A stretch of 64,000 bases of DNA from Bdellovibrionales bacterium (lineage in GTDB: Bacteria > Bdellovibrionota > Bdellovibrionia > Bdellovibrionales > UBA1609), in contig CBDHDF010000010.1 in NCBI GenBank assembly GCA_965261545.1, forward strand, positions 640,001 to 704,000, given 5' to 3'. Shown one piece after another: positions 40,466 through 50,569 of the stretch. The position numbers and the translations under genes are program-made. The notes beneath the pieces are model-generated. The model did no database searches, had not been told where the DNA came from, and saw only the letters and a list, made by a program, of their open reading frames with translations. Each line of letters opens with the position of its first letter. Position 1 is the first letter of the stretch.

Positions 40466-41694
40466 AATTCGATATCTTTTTATCCATCTGTCAAACGGAA
40501 GTTGACGGCCACATACCTACAGAAAGAGTCATGTGGGAGAATTTCTTTGATCAAATTCAACTGGCCGACGATCTAGGTTTTGAAACAGCTTGGATTGCTG
40601 AAACCCATTTGTCATGTGAAGAGCAAAAGAAAAATCCAAACCCTGTCATTCCCCACTTCAAAGGTGAAATTGGTCTAAATACTGACATCCTTCAACTTGC
40701 CCATAAAATCTTTGCAACAACAAAAAGAATCAATGTGGGCTCCGCTGTCATGAATATTCTTGCTAATGGGGGGCCCATTGCCCACGCAGAAGCCATTCGT
40801 ACTTTTCTCGCCCTCCACGGACTCAACCCCAATGAAAAAAGAATTCTCCATGTGGGCTTTGCCTCGGGGCGCTTTGAGTTTTCCAACCGCCCCTACGGGG
40901 TGGTTCCGCGAAACCAAACAGAAAAAGTCGCCTGGCCCGTCATCAAAGGAAAAATTCTTGCAGAAGCCACTGAAATTTTTCTTAGACTTCTTCGAGGAGA
41001 AACTCTTTCTTCATCAGAGGTAAGACCTAAAACTCTCGATGCCTCCGATTTTAGATCCACCGAGGAGTGGGACAAAATCGTATCCACCTACAAAAGAGAA
41101 ACGGGCCTTGACTCCCAAGATGTTATTGAAAAAATAGAAATTCCCCCCCTCTATCACTTCGATAAGATTGGACTTATCCCTAGGGAATCTCCCCTGCATT
41201 TATTGCAGTTGACCATTGGAACCCATGACCCTGCAATTCAAAGTCTTGCCAATGAGTATATGCCTGTAAGCGTCTTTAACCTCTCCATCACTCCCCAAGA
41301 TGTCATTGAGCAAACCCATAAGCGGATGGCCAACACTTTTCACAAAGATGGAGGGCCTTGGCAAAGAGAATTGATGCCAAGAACAGCCATGGTTTACCTA
41401 GACAATACTAAGGGACTTACCTGTGATGAACAAACGGTCCGGGCCCTTAAAAAAGCAGAGTCCGCTTGGAGAAATTACTGGAAGGCCATGGAGGGCACTC
41501 TCGACCAGAGTAAGGTCGACAAGGCCGTATCTAACACCATTGCGGGAAGCCCCAAGAAAGTGGCCCAATGTCTCAAGGAAAAATACCACCCTGAAGATCG
41601 CCTTATGTTGTGGTTTGATTTTAACAATCACGATAATGAAGATATTAAAAACAGCATGACTGTCTTTATGAATCAGATACGAAAAATGCTGTGA
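40462..41694 (+). CDS. LLM-class (luciferase-like) flavin-dependent oxidoreductase
   Basis: GTG start overlapping the SDR stop; ADDLGFETAWIAETHL, INVGSAV, GFASGRF, IAGSP. Confidence 0.85.
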   Translation: MKFDIFLSICQTEVDGHIPTERVMWENFFDQIQLADDLGFETAWIAETHLSCEEQKKNPNPVIPHFKGEIGLNTDILQLAHKIFATTKRINVGSAVMNILANGGPIAHAEAIRTFLALHGLNPNEKRILHVGFASGRFEFSNRPYGVVPRNQTEKVAWPVIKGKILAEATEIFLRLLRGETLSSSEVRPKTLDASDFRSTEEWDKIVSTYKRETGLDSQDVIEKIEIPPLYHFDKIGLIPRESPLHLLQLTIGTHDPAIQSLANEYMPVSVFNLSITPQDVIEQTHKRMANTFHKDGGPWQRELMPRTAMVYLDNTKGLTCDEQTVRALKKAESAWRNYWKAMEGTLDQSKVDKAVSNTIAGSPKKVAQCLKEKYHPEDRLMLWFDFNNHDNEDIKNSMTVFMNQIRKML

Positions 41695-44600
41695 ATGAGA
41701 GTTGTACCCATGCTTGACCAAAACCAACAATACAACACACAGCTTATTCAAAAGGCCCTTCAACTTGCCACCACTTGGCAGAACAAAGCCCAAGACATCA
41801 CCACGGACTTTGAAAAACGCTTCCATATCAAAATGGAGAAAATACTCACTCACCCAAGAGATAAGTTCTTTTTAATTCAACTCATGGATCAAAGTTTTCG
41901 CAGTAAAAATCCTACTCGGGTGAAGAATCAAGTGGAGTATCTTTTTTCCAAATATGGAATGGCCTCCTTTTTCACAAATTCAGAGAGATTCCTTACCTTT
42001 TTCTTCCGCCACTTGGGAGCTTGGTGCCCACAAATAGCCATCCCTCTTTTTTTAAGCCACATTCGCCAACAGAGCCAGAGAGTCGTACTTCGTGGAGAAA
42101 TGGACGCCTTGAATAGATATCTATTGCGCCGAAGACGTGAAGACACAAGAGTGAATATCAATCTCATCGGGGAAGTGGTCCTCGGCGAGAAAGAGGCCCA
42201 CCATAGAATGAATAAATATTTAGAGGCTCTAAAGCAACCCAACATCGACTATCTTTCTATAAAGATATCGACGATATTTTCTCAGATCAACTCCCTATCC
42301 CATGAAAGCACCGTAAGAACTCTCAGTCATCGCTTGATAGATATCTACACACAGGCTCAAAAATATACCTATGTAAATCAGAGGGACGAAAAGGAGTCAA
42401 AATTTGTCAATTTGGACATGGAGGAATATCGCGACCTCTCTCTCACAGTAGACTCTTTTAAAAAAGCCCTTGAACACCCCAACTTGCTTGGTCTCAAAGC
42501 GGGCATTGTTTTGCAAGCCTACTTACCCGAGGCTCACTTTTGGCAAAGAAATTTAACGGAGTGGGCTCAAAAGCGAATTCATCAAGGGGGAAGCCCCATC
42601 AAAATCAGGCTCGTCAAAGGCGCCAACATGGAAATGGAGCAAACTGAAGCCTCCTTGAGAAACTGGGAACAAGCCCCCTATAGGGAAAAAATCGATACAG
42701 ATAGCAACTACAAAGTTATGACAGAATATGCGCTCCAACCTGAAAATATTTGTGCTGTCCACCTTGGTGTGGGCTCTCACAACCTTTTTGAAGTGGCCTA
42801 TTGCCATGAGCTTGCCAAAAAAAATGAAGTCATGAAGTACGTCTCCTTTGAAATGCTTGAGGGAATTAGCGAGCCGGCGAGAAAGGCCATAAAAGATGTA
42901 AGCGGTATCCACCCCATTGTCTATACCCCCGTGGCTGAAAAAGAGCAGTTTACCAATGCCATCGCCTATCTTGTGCGACGACTGGATGAAAACACCAGTG
43001 AGAATCACTTTCTTCGTTACTCCTTTAGCCTCACAACAAAAAGTCCCCATTGGGAAAATCTCAAGAAACAATTCATAGACTCCTTTGGAAACAAAGAAAA
43101 GCTCTTTCTCGGCTCCCATCGCCAACAAAACCGCATGAACATGAATGCGAACATGGGCATGAACATGAGCATGAATATGGACATGTCCATGGACAAGAAA
43201 GAGAGAGGGGGCAAAAGAGCCAGAGGGCGGTTTACCAATGAACCCGACACCGACTTTACCCTCCCAGCTAACCAGGAATGGGCCCACAGTATTCGCCAAA
43301 AATGGATGAAAAAAAAGAGGAACCCTATCCAGACCATTCCCTTGGTATTTGCAGGGCAAGATATCAAAGGGAATCGAGAGATTGTTGACTGCGTGGATAA
43401 GTCCCAACTTAATAAGTCTCAACTTAAAGATAATAATAATATCCTTTGTGGACAATACACTAGGGCCAAAGCCGAAGACCTTCTCCAAGCCGTAGATGTG
43501 GCCGTGAAGGATCCCGATGGCTGGAGAAATTTGACTCCCAACCAAAGGCAACAAATGCTCTCCTCCGTGGCCGATATCCTACGCCAGAGAAGAGGGGACT
43601 TGGTGGGAGTGGCCGCTGCCGAAGTGGGAAAGGTCTTCACAGAAACGGATGTGGAAGTGAGCGAAGCTGTGGATTTCTTAGAATTTTATGGGCACAGCCT
43701 TCGCTACTTTGAAGAAATCAAAAATATTCACTTTCAGGGCAAGGGGGTGGGCCTTGTGGTTCCCCCTTGGAACTTCCCCATCGCCATTCCCCTGGGAGGT
43801 CTTGCCGCCACCCTCGCAGCGGGAAACACGGTGATCTTAAAACCCTCTTCCCAAGCTGTTCTCTGTAGTTATGAAATGTGTCAGTGCTTTTGGGATGCCG
43901 GTGTAAGTAAGAACACCTTGCAGTTTCTTCCCTGCCCAGGAAGCCTTGCAGAAAAGCACCTTGTAAACCATCAAAGCATCGATTTCGTCATTCTCACAGG
44001 CGGTGAGGAGACAGCTCACTCCATGTTAAAAACCCGCCCAAGCTTATTTCTTACAGCAGAAACAGGGGGAAAAAACGCCACCATCGTCACAGCCATGTCC
44101 GATCGCGAACAAGCCATTGCCCATGTGGTATCCTCAGCTTTTGGAAATAGTGGGCAAAAATGCTCGGCCACATCCCTGCTAGTCCTCGAAGAAGAGGTCT
44201 ATGATGACCCTGGATTTAAAGAGGCCCTTGTGGATGCCACAGAGAGCCTAAGGGTGGGGTCTATTTGGGATTTTGACTCCAGCTTAGGACCCATGGCTGG
44301 CCCCTTGGACGCCTCCCTCAAAAAAGCCATAGAAAACCTCGAAGAGGGGGAGAGTTGGGCTTTGAAGCCCGAGTTTACCCAAGACAATGAATATATGCTC
44401 AAGCCTTCGATCAAGTGGGGCGTGGCTCCTGGTAGTTTTTGCCACCGAACAGAGCTTTTTGCCCCTCTTCTCTCCGTTTTAAAAGCCCGCAGCCTTCAAC
44501 ATGCCATCGAGTTGGTGAACCAAACAGGCTATGGCCTCACTTCGGGCCTTGAGTCCTTGGATGAACGAGAAATCAAGCAATGGCGTGAAAACATTCAGGC

Positions 44601-45444
44601 AGGAAACTTATACATCAATCGAAGCACCACAGGGGCGATTGTTCTGCGCCAACCCTTCGGAGGTTGGGGCAAATCGGCCATGGGTTCTGGAAGAAAAGTG
44701 GGAACTTACAATTATATCACCCAGTTTATGGATATCAAAGATGGGGAACCACCAAATCTTGCCCACCTTAAGCAAAGTCCTTATTTTGAGTGCTTGGAGA
44801 AGTGGATTCACAAACACAAGAAATTTCGCAAAGACTTTATCCAACTGCAAGTGGCTCTAGAAAGCTACCTCTACCACTACAAAAAAGAATTTAATCAAGA
44901 ACACGACCCCTGCCAGGTGAGGGGAGAATATAATATTTTTCGCTATATCAAACTGGATGTGGTCGCCCTAAGGGTATCTCGCAATGATACACTTTTTGAG
45001 TGTGTCAGCCGCATTTTTGCAGCCAAGGTCAGTGGGGTTAACATTCATGTAAGCTTGGACTCTTCCATTTCCATAGATAATACAAGCAACAAAGACGGCG
45101 GAGATAATGAAAGCCACAAAGGTCATGAAATCAATGAATTCCATGAATGCAATGATGTCTCTGAGTTTTTGCTTACCCATGCCTTACAGTTACTTCAACC
45201 CGAAGATAGGATGACCCAAGAATCTGAGGTTGAATTTGCCAAAGGTTTTTCTTCAATGGATCAAATCATCTACTCCAAGGAGTCTGAAGTTTCAGAATTT
45301 ATTTTTTCAGAGGCCGCCCACAGCGAAAAATTCATTGTTCGTACGCCTCCTTTGATGGAAGGACGTCTCGAATTGCTCCACTATTTTAAAGAGCAATCCA
45401 TAAGCCATAGTTACCATCGCTATGGAAACCTTGGCGAAAGGTAA
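41695..45444 (+). CDS. putA: Bifunctional proline dehydrogenase / P5C dehydrogenase
   Basis: NLDMEEY, IRLVKGAN, YLVRRLDEN, PWNFP, AETGGKN, FGNSGQKCSA, ELFAP, RQPFGG. Confidence 0.95.
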   Translation: MRVVPMLDQNQQYNTQLIQKALQLATTWQNKAQDITTDFEKRFHIKMEKILTHPRDKFFLIQLMDQSFRSKNPTRVKNQVEYLFSKYGMASFFTNSERFLTFFFRHLGAWCPQIAIPLFLSHIRQQSQRVVLRGEMDALNRYLLRRRREDTRVNINLIGEVVLGEKEAHHRMNKYLEALKQPNIDYLSIKISTIFSQINSLSHESTVRTLSHRLIDIYTQAQKYTYVNQRDEKESKFVNLDMEEYRDLSLTVDSFKKALEHPNLLGLKAGIVLQAYLPEAHFWQRNLTEWAQKRIHQGGSPIKIRLVKGANMEMEQTEASLRNWEQAPYREKIDTDSNYKVMTEYALQPENICAVHLGVGSHNLFEVAYCHELAKKNEVMKYVSFEMLEGISEPARKAIKDVSGIHPIVYTPVAEKEQFTNAIAYLVRRLDENTSENHFLRYSFSLTTKSPHWENLKKQFIDSFGNKEKLFLGSHRQQNRMNMNANMGMNMSMNMDMSMDKKERGGKRARGRFTNEPDTDFTLPANQEWAHSIRQKWMKKKRNPIQTIPLVFAGQDIKGNREIVDCVDKSQLNKSQLKDNNNILCGQYTRAKAEDLLQAVDVAVKDPDGWRNLTPNQRQQMLSSVADILRQRRGDLVGVAAAEVGKVFTETDVEVSEAVDFLEFYGHSLRYFEEIKNIHFQGKGVGLVVPPWNFPIAIPLGGLAATLAAGNTVILKPSSQAVLCSYEMCQCFWDAGVSKNTLQFLPCPGSLAEKHLVNHQSIDFVILTGGEETAHSMLKTRPSLFLTAETGGKNATIVTAMSDREQAIAHVVSSAFGNSGQKCSATSLLVLEEEVYDDPGFKEALVDATESLRVGSIWDFDSSLGPMAGPLDASLKKAIENLEEGESWALKPEFTQDNEYMLKPSIKWGVAPGSFCHRTELFAPLLSVLKARSLQHAIELVNQTGYGLTSGLESLDEREIKQWRENIQAGNLYINRSTTGAIVLRQPFGGWGKSAMGSGRKVGTYNYITQFMDIKDGEPPNLAHLKQSPYFECLEKWIHKHKKFRKDFIQLQVALESYLYHYKKEFNQEHDPCQVRGEYNIFRYIKLDVVALRVSRNDTLFECVSRIFAAKVSGVNIHVSLDSSISIDNTSNKDGGDNESHKGHEINEFHECNDVSEFLLTHALQLLQPEDRMTQESEVEFAKGFSSMDQIIYSKESEVSEFIFSEAAHSEKFIVRTPPLMEGRLELLHYFKEQSISHSYHRYGNLGER

Positions 45445-45623
45445 ACCCCTCCTCTGCCTCTCGTAAGTTCGTCACTAATGTCATTGTGCAAATGATTGAG
45501 AGTGACTAAAAATTTATAAGCTATCTTGTTTTTTGACAGTCCTCCTCTGTCTCAATCTTGTGCAACTCTTACAAAATATCTCATATTTCAGATACTTATA
45601 GATGTCGCAAAAGTTGACAATTT

Positions 45624-45640
45624 TTGGCACAGGTCTCGCA
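45624..45640 (+). promoter_or_regulatory. Putative sigma-54 promoter
   Basis: TTGGCACAGGTCTCGCA: GG-N10-GC, about 65 bp upstream of ATG 45705. Confidence 0.6.
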
Positions 45641-45704
45641 ATACATAAGTCTGAATGAAAAATATAAATGGAGAGAAATATAAATCAATGAGGGAGAAAA
45701 AGTC

Positions 45705-46466
45705 ATGAAACTGTTAAAACTCTTAATCTTAACTTTATTTGCGATCTCTATGACAAATTGTGCAAAAAAAGTCGAGAAAAAAAGTCGAGAAAAACCAAGT
45801 GACCCACCACCTATCACCGAACCACTGCCTGGACAAGAGGACTACGTTCCTCCAGAGAGGGACTCCCAAGGTGCTTTTCGCTATGGAGGAACAACCACTT
45901 TTGTTCCTGTCAATGATAGTGTTTTTTCCGAATACACAGGACGCCCCATGGACGATTTTGACAATGTTCTCATCAATGTCAACTTGGTGAAGTATCAGGA
46001 CAATACCTACGGTGGAAGTGTCACCATTGACTACGACGAATATGGACAGCCCACAGACACACCTGGCTTTTTTGAAACAGGAGGAAGCAAGAAGGCTGTT
46101 CAATACAATCAGTGGCTCAACAGCAAAAAAACTCGTTTTCATGCTGTCCTTCAAGATCTAGAGGGTGGCCTTGTCATCTCTATTGAAAATATTATCCATG
46201 AAGACTTTGGAGATCGTGGGGGCAAAGAACGCTCACTAGGGTCAGGAAGGATTTGGTTCAAAAACTTTGTGTTGAAATCGGGATCAGCGCCCCACCCTCC
46301 CACCTACTGCTGGTTTGTCTCCTTGGGACCCTATGATTGCCGCCCTTGGCCGTCGGGCAAAGGTATGAAAAGCCCAGGGTCCGTCACTCCATCTGGCGGT
46401 GGGTATAAGCTTCTCGGCAGATTTAGTAATTTAGATATTTCAGAGACATTCAATAACCAACTTTAA
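45705..46466 (+). CDS. Hypothetical lipoprotein
   Basis: Signal peptide ending MTNC; beta-rich; CWFVSLGPYDCR. Confidence 0.75.
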   Translation: MKLLKLLILTLFAISMTNCAKKVEKKSREKPSDPPPITEPLPGQEDYVPPERDSQGAFRYGGTTTFVPVNDSVFSEYTGRPMDDFDNVLINVNLVKYQDNTYGGSVTIDYDEYGQPTDTPGFFETGGSKKAVQYNQWLNSKKTRFHAVLQDLEGGLVISIENIIHEDFGDRGGKERSLGSGRIWFKNFVLKSGSAPHPPTYCWFVSLGPYDCRPWPSGKGMKSPGSVTPSGGGYKLLGRFSNLDISETFNNQL

Positions 46467-46489
46467 CCAACTCTAAAAGAGGAATTTAT

Positions 46490-47170
46490 ATGATTAAGGG
46501 GGAAATAGTTATGAAAGAAAAAGTAAATAAAGAACTCCATAAGAACTTGATAAAAAAGCATCGTTATGCCCTTCCCGTGTGTCTCATGGCCATGCTGACC
46601 GTCACCATGGTGGCTTGCTCAGACGATCGAGCCAAAACTCCAGCAACGACACCCAATACAACCGAAGAAGAAAACCTATCCCATTCCAACGCCTTTGCCT
46701 CCGGCCTCGGGGAGAGTATGACACCAGATGTTGTTCAACTGGCTTTGACATTTGAGTCTGACAATCCTGACAATGATGACAACGATGACAACGATTCTCA
46801 TCAGTTTTATGCCCACCAGAATATAAGTGCCACGGGCAGAATGTACGTTGACCACTTTCAAGCTCTCTTGGATTGCAAAATTCCCTCGGGAACATACACG
46901 GTGGAAACCCTTGACGATGGGGGGCAAGATCCTCATTCCCAACTCATCCGTGGACTCAAACTCAAAGCCGATGGCCCCGTGGACGTGGAACTCTATGTTC
47001 GCTACTTTTCACTTCTCTCCGCTCAACCCGTGCTAGAAAGCTGTCAGGGTGAGGATTATGCCAACGAAATCATCGGACAGGTAGAAGTTCTCAAGGCGAA
47101 TGGAAAAGAATGCTACGGCCGCACCATAGGATTTGATATGAGGCTCAGCACGGGTGTGGACTGCGACTAA
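46490..47170 (+). CDS. Hypothetical lipoprotein
   Basis: Hydrophobic stretch ending MVAC; four further Cys; DND repeat. Confidence 0.7.
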   Translation: MIKGEIVMKEKVNKELHKNLIKKHRYALPVCLMAMLTVTMVACSDDRAKTPATTPNTTEEENLSHSNAFASGLGESMTPDVVQLALTFESDNPDNDDNDDNDSHQFYAHQNISATGRMYVDHFQALLDCKIPSGTYTVETLDDGGQDPHSQLIRGLKLKADGPVDVELYVRYFSLLSAQPVLESCQGEDYANEIIGQVEVLKANGKECYGRTIGFDMRLSTGVDCD

Positions 47171-47226
47171 AAAAGGCCACACTGACGACCCATCAACCAT
47201 CGACCATCAACCATCGAGTCTGAAGT

Positions 47227-47700
47227 TCAGGATGAGGAAAGACAACGCCCATAACCCCTTGAAGAATCACAACCATGGGGACAATCCATCACTTCTATGG
47301 AAATGATGTTCTCCCCACTCTTGCTACAGGAGTGCAACACGAGTTTATTTTCTTCACAAAAATTTCTTTCAATATATTGATAACCTATGCATAAGGACTC
47401 CTGAGAATTGCAACCAAAACCCACTCGTACTCCTATGGGGCCCCCATCACGTAGGAATTCTGAGCATTCGTAGTTTATATCTGTAGCTGGCTCCCTATGA
47501 TTGGCTTTCTTGGCCTTAAAAGTTTTTTGAAAAGCCTTACCCTTGGAAGCTTTTTGGAGAACCTTATGTTTCCCCTTATGTTTCCCCTTAAGATTCCCCT
47601 TAAGATTCACTGTGGGGGTAGCTAAAATTTTCTCAAACGCAAGGTTGCAAAAAATAACACCCACTCCAAAAAGAAAAAAAGTCTTAATAGCTATTCCCAT
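47227..47700 (-). CDS. Hypothetical secreted Cys-rich protein
   Basis: N-terminal hydrophobic segment, Lys-rich linker, REPA, 8-Cys C-terminal domain ending CPHGC...GRC. Confidence 0.65.
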   Translation of the reverse strand: MGIAIKTFFLFGVGVIFCNLAFEKILATPTVNLKGNLKGKHKGKHKVLQKASKGKAFQKTFKAKKANHREPATDINYECSEFLRDGGPIGVRVGFGCNSQESLCIGYQYIERNFCEENKLVLHSCSKSGENIISIEVMDCPHGCDSSRGYGRCLSSS

Positions 47701-47792
47701 GAAAATCTCCTTATTGAGTGGGACATGTCACTTGACTTTTATAGTCTACAGCACCCTTAACATAGGGAATCCCCAAAAAAGAACGCTTTCCT

Positions 47793-48200
47793 TTATGAAT
47801 ACAATCCACAGCCAGGACAATTTTGTATCACCTTTTTTTTGTTTTCTTCTTCGAGACTTTTAATGTTTTTCTTCACCTTTTTCAAAGAACTTTGCAAAGA
47901 AAGCACCTGCATGCTTTCAAGAGGAAAAGTCTTTGCTGAAATTCCATTTTTTAAACACCTGTTTGTTGAACACTCTTTGCACAGTTTATCCTGAATCTTC
48001 TGGCTCCAGTCATGAAGACCACATATTTGAATGCAATCAAGTTCGTAGGCACACTTCTCCTGTGTTTTGATTTTTTCACAGTTGCAACTGGCCGTCGTCG
48101 AGGTTGCCCAACTCAAGGAAAGCCCACTCAAAAGCACCCCACCAAAGCATAGTTGACATAAAAAACCTGCCATAGACAATAAACGCAAAAACTCCCCCAA
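47793..48200 (-). CDS. Hypothetical secreted Cys-rich protein
   Basis: Signal-like N-terminus; CxC, CxxC, CxxC and terminal CPGCG. Confidence 0.5.
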   Translation of the reverse strand: MGEFLRLLSMAGFLCQLCFGGVLLSGLSLSWATSTTASCNCEKIKTQEKCAYELDCIQICGLHDWSQKIQDKLCKECSTNRCLKNGISAKTFPLESMQVLSLQSSLKKVKKNIKSLEEENKKKVIQNCPGCGLYS

Positions 48201-48296
48201 AAAAGAACTTAAGAAGCTCGATTCGCCACGCTCCTAAATTGTAACTCCATATATTTTAAAAAAGTCTCCCTTAATTGTCTACCTTAATTTTGCCCT

Positions 48297-49268
48297 TTAG
48301 AGCGGTGGCGGTGGCGGACATTGGGCCTGTCCTAGGCGAAGTTGACTTTTAGATAACTTTTCCTCCAACTTCTGTATCCAATATCTTTGCAGAGAGGAAA
48401 GATTCTTATCTGAGGTTAAATCTTGGTGAAGCAAAGACCCCACGATAAGGCAAGGAGGTCTTCCGGGATTATCCAAAATTTGAAGAATCGTTCTTATCTC
48501 TTGACAAGATAAGATGCTGAGTTCAGAGACATATAAAGTAACATTGCCCAAAGATTGAAGGGCCACCAGGTCTTGACGGCTTTGAGAGCTTAAATCTTTG
48601 TAATGCAAGAAAGCATAACCTTGTTTATGTTGATTGCAGAAATATTTAATGGCCCACTGATGAATCTCCTCCGGGTAAGTCCCTCGAATCCATAGGTGAG
48701 GTGCGGAATGTGGATTTAAAAAATCTATTTTAAAATCTAACTTATAATCAGTCTTTTTGCGCTTGTTCTCCCTAGCCCTTCGAAAATCCCCAAGTGAAAT
48801 GACATTGTGGTGGCTGGAGTGACTGGACGAATCTAAACCTCCATGACTCTGGCGCATACGTGTCTCCATATTTTCGAGGTCGGAATGCTTTTCATCGACA
48901 CTATCCTTTAAAGCCATTATCAATTCAATGGTATCTTTAATACGACTCACTTTCACGGACGTGAGTAAATCGCTGGGAAGAATAAGAAATCCCCATGGTC
49001 GCCCTTGGCTATATACGGGGAAAAAAAACTGTTTCCCTCTTTGAACAGGAGGAGGCGGACTCTTTAAAGGCTCTTGACTTGTATCTTTAAAATAAAGACT
49101 GCTTAGGCTTTTCATGTCCTCGTGATTTTTAAGCTCAAAAATATCGACAAACTCAGAAAGAATTCCATATTGGCGGTGAATGACCTCTTTCAATTGCTTT
49201 AACAAAATATTCCTTGCATATTTTCTATAAACAAAATTCATATGATACCCCTTATTCTTACTTGTCAC
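48297..49268 (-). CDS. Hypothetical protein, C-terminal half resembling a degenerate sigma-54 activator AAA+ fold
   Basis: Long ORF; LWIRG..., TLYVSELSILS.QE..ILQIL, CLIVGS pattern without intact Walker motifs. Confidence 0.5.
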   Translation of the reverse strand: MTSKNKGYHMNFVYRKYARNILLKQLKEVIHRQYGILSEFVDIFELKNHEDMKSLSSLYFKDTSQEPLKSPPPPVQRGKQFFFPVYSQGRPWGFLILPSDLLTSVKVSRIKDTIELIMALKDSVDEKHSDLENMETRMRQSHGGLDSSSHSSHHNVISLGDFRRARENKRKKTDYKLDFKIDFLNPHSAPHLWIRGTYPEEIHQWAIKYFCNQHKQGYAFLHYKDLSSQSRQDLVALQSLGNVTLYVSELSILSCQEIRTILQILDNPGRPPCLIVGSLLHQDLTSDKNLSSLQRYWIQKLEEKLSKSQLRLGQAQCPPPPPL

Positions 49269-49298
49269 CTATGGATATATGGTACGATATAGATTCAC

Positions 49299-49314
49299 AG
49301 CAAAAACTGTACCA
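49299..49314 (-). promoter_or_regulatory. Putative sigma-54 promoter
   Basis: Minus strand TGGTACAGTTTTTGCT: GG-N10-GC just upstream of the 48297-49268 gene. Confidence 0.55.
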
Positions 49315-49488
49315 TCATGAACCCTTCTCGCAAAAAAAAAGACTCTTTCCCTAAAAGTGGCTTCTAGAGCGAAATTTTCAAAAAATTTTTCCACAAAAAT
49401 TCTCAACACCTGATGCTGACCCCTATGTTTTTTTGAAGACATTATACTATCTGCCCACATCTTTTACAGAATAAGGTATAATCTTAAC

Positions 49489-50391
49489 ATGCATGTGTCA
49501 GTGATCATCCCCACTCGAAATCGTTTGTCATACTTAAAAAGAGCTATTCGCTCTGTCATGCTGCAAAGCTACCAAGGTTGGGACCTATGGATCATTGATG
49601 ATGGCTCTACAGATGGTACCTCAACTTGGGTCCTCGATGAGCTTATATTTCAAGGTACCCAAAGTTCCACAAAAAGCCTCCCCCACATTCACTCTCCTCC
49701 CCACTTCCCCACTCCTTCTACCCACTCTCCTATTTACTATGTGCGCACTCCCACCTCCTTGGGAGTGAGCCATGCAAGAAACTTAGGCATTCAACTGAGT
49801 CAGGGCCCCTGGGTGGCCTTTCTCGATTCTGACGATGAGTGGTTGCCCCACAAGCTGGAGAAGCAAGTTCAGTGGGCTCAAGAAAGCTCCTTGCACATTG
49901 TCCACGGCGAAGAAATTTGGTTTCGCCATAATACAAGGGTCAACCCTAAGAAGAAACATCAGAAATCAGGAGGACGCATATTTAAACGCAGTGTGGATAT
50001 TTGCTGTATAAGCCCATCCACAGTGATGATACATAAGAACCTTTTCCTCACCGAGGGCCTTTTCAAGGAAAGCTTTCCAGTCTGTGAAGACTACGACCTA
50101 TGGCTGCGTTTAAGTGCTAAGTATGATGTGGGCTTTATCAAAGAGCCTTTGATTAAAAAATATGGTGGCCATAAAGATCAACTTTCTCGCCAATATGTTG
50201 CCATGGATTACTGGAGAGTGCGCTCACTGATGTCACTCAAAGATGCCCCCTATTTGAGTGACAATGAAAATGATTATCTAAAAAAAAGCTTGAGAGAAAG
50301 GGCCCGTCTCCTCATTCAAGGCTACAAAAAACACAACAATACAAATCACCTCCAAGAGATTGAGAGAATATTTGCCATGTCCTATGAATAA
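49489..50391 (+). CDS. Glycosyltransferase family 2
   Basis: VSVIIPT.NR, IDDGSTDG, ARNLGI, AFLDSDD, EDYDLWLR. Confidence 0.95.
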   Translation: MHVSVIIPTRNRLSYLKRAIRSVMLQSYQGWDLWIIDDGSTDGTSTWVLDELIFQGTQSSTKSLPHIHSPPHFPTPSTHSPIYYVRTPTSLGVSHARNLGIQLSQGPWVAFLDSDDEWLPHKLEKQVQWAQESSLHIVHGEEIWFRHNTRVNPKKKHQKSGGRIFKRSVDICCISPSTVMIHKNLFLTEGLFKESFPVCEDYDLWLRLSAKYDVGFIKEPLIKKYGGHKDQLSRQYVAMDYWRVRSLMSLKDAPYLSDNENDYLKKSLRERARLLIQGYKKHNNTNHLQEIERIFAMSYE

Positions 50392-50569
50392 AAAAATTTG
50401 AAAAAATACTTACTTGCCATGCCCTATGAATTAAGAGACTGAGCAAAGCTGGCTCAGTCAACCTAACAGGAAGTGACCCAGTAGGAAAATAGAAATGGAT
50501 ATTTTATCAGCAGGGCTCGCTTTTTCAAACGAAGGCCAAGAGGGCCCATTGTATTAAGTCTACACTGCA

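Noticed and set aside
42553..43554. 333-aa minus-strand ORF with His-alternating tract
   Set aside because: Antisense shadow of putA; the tract is the reverse complement of the Met repeat
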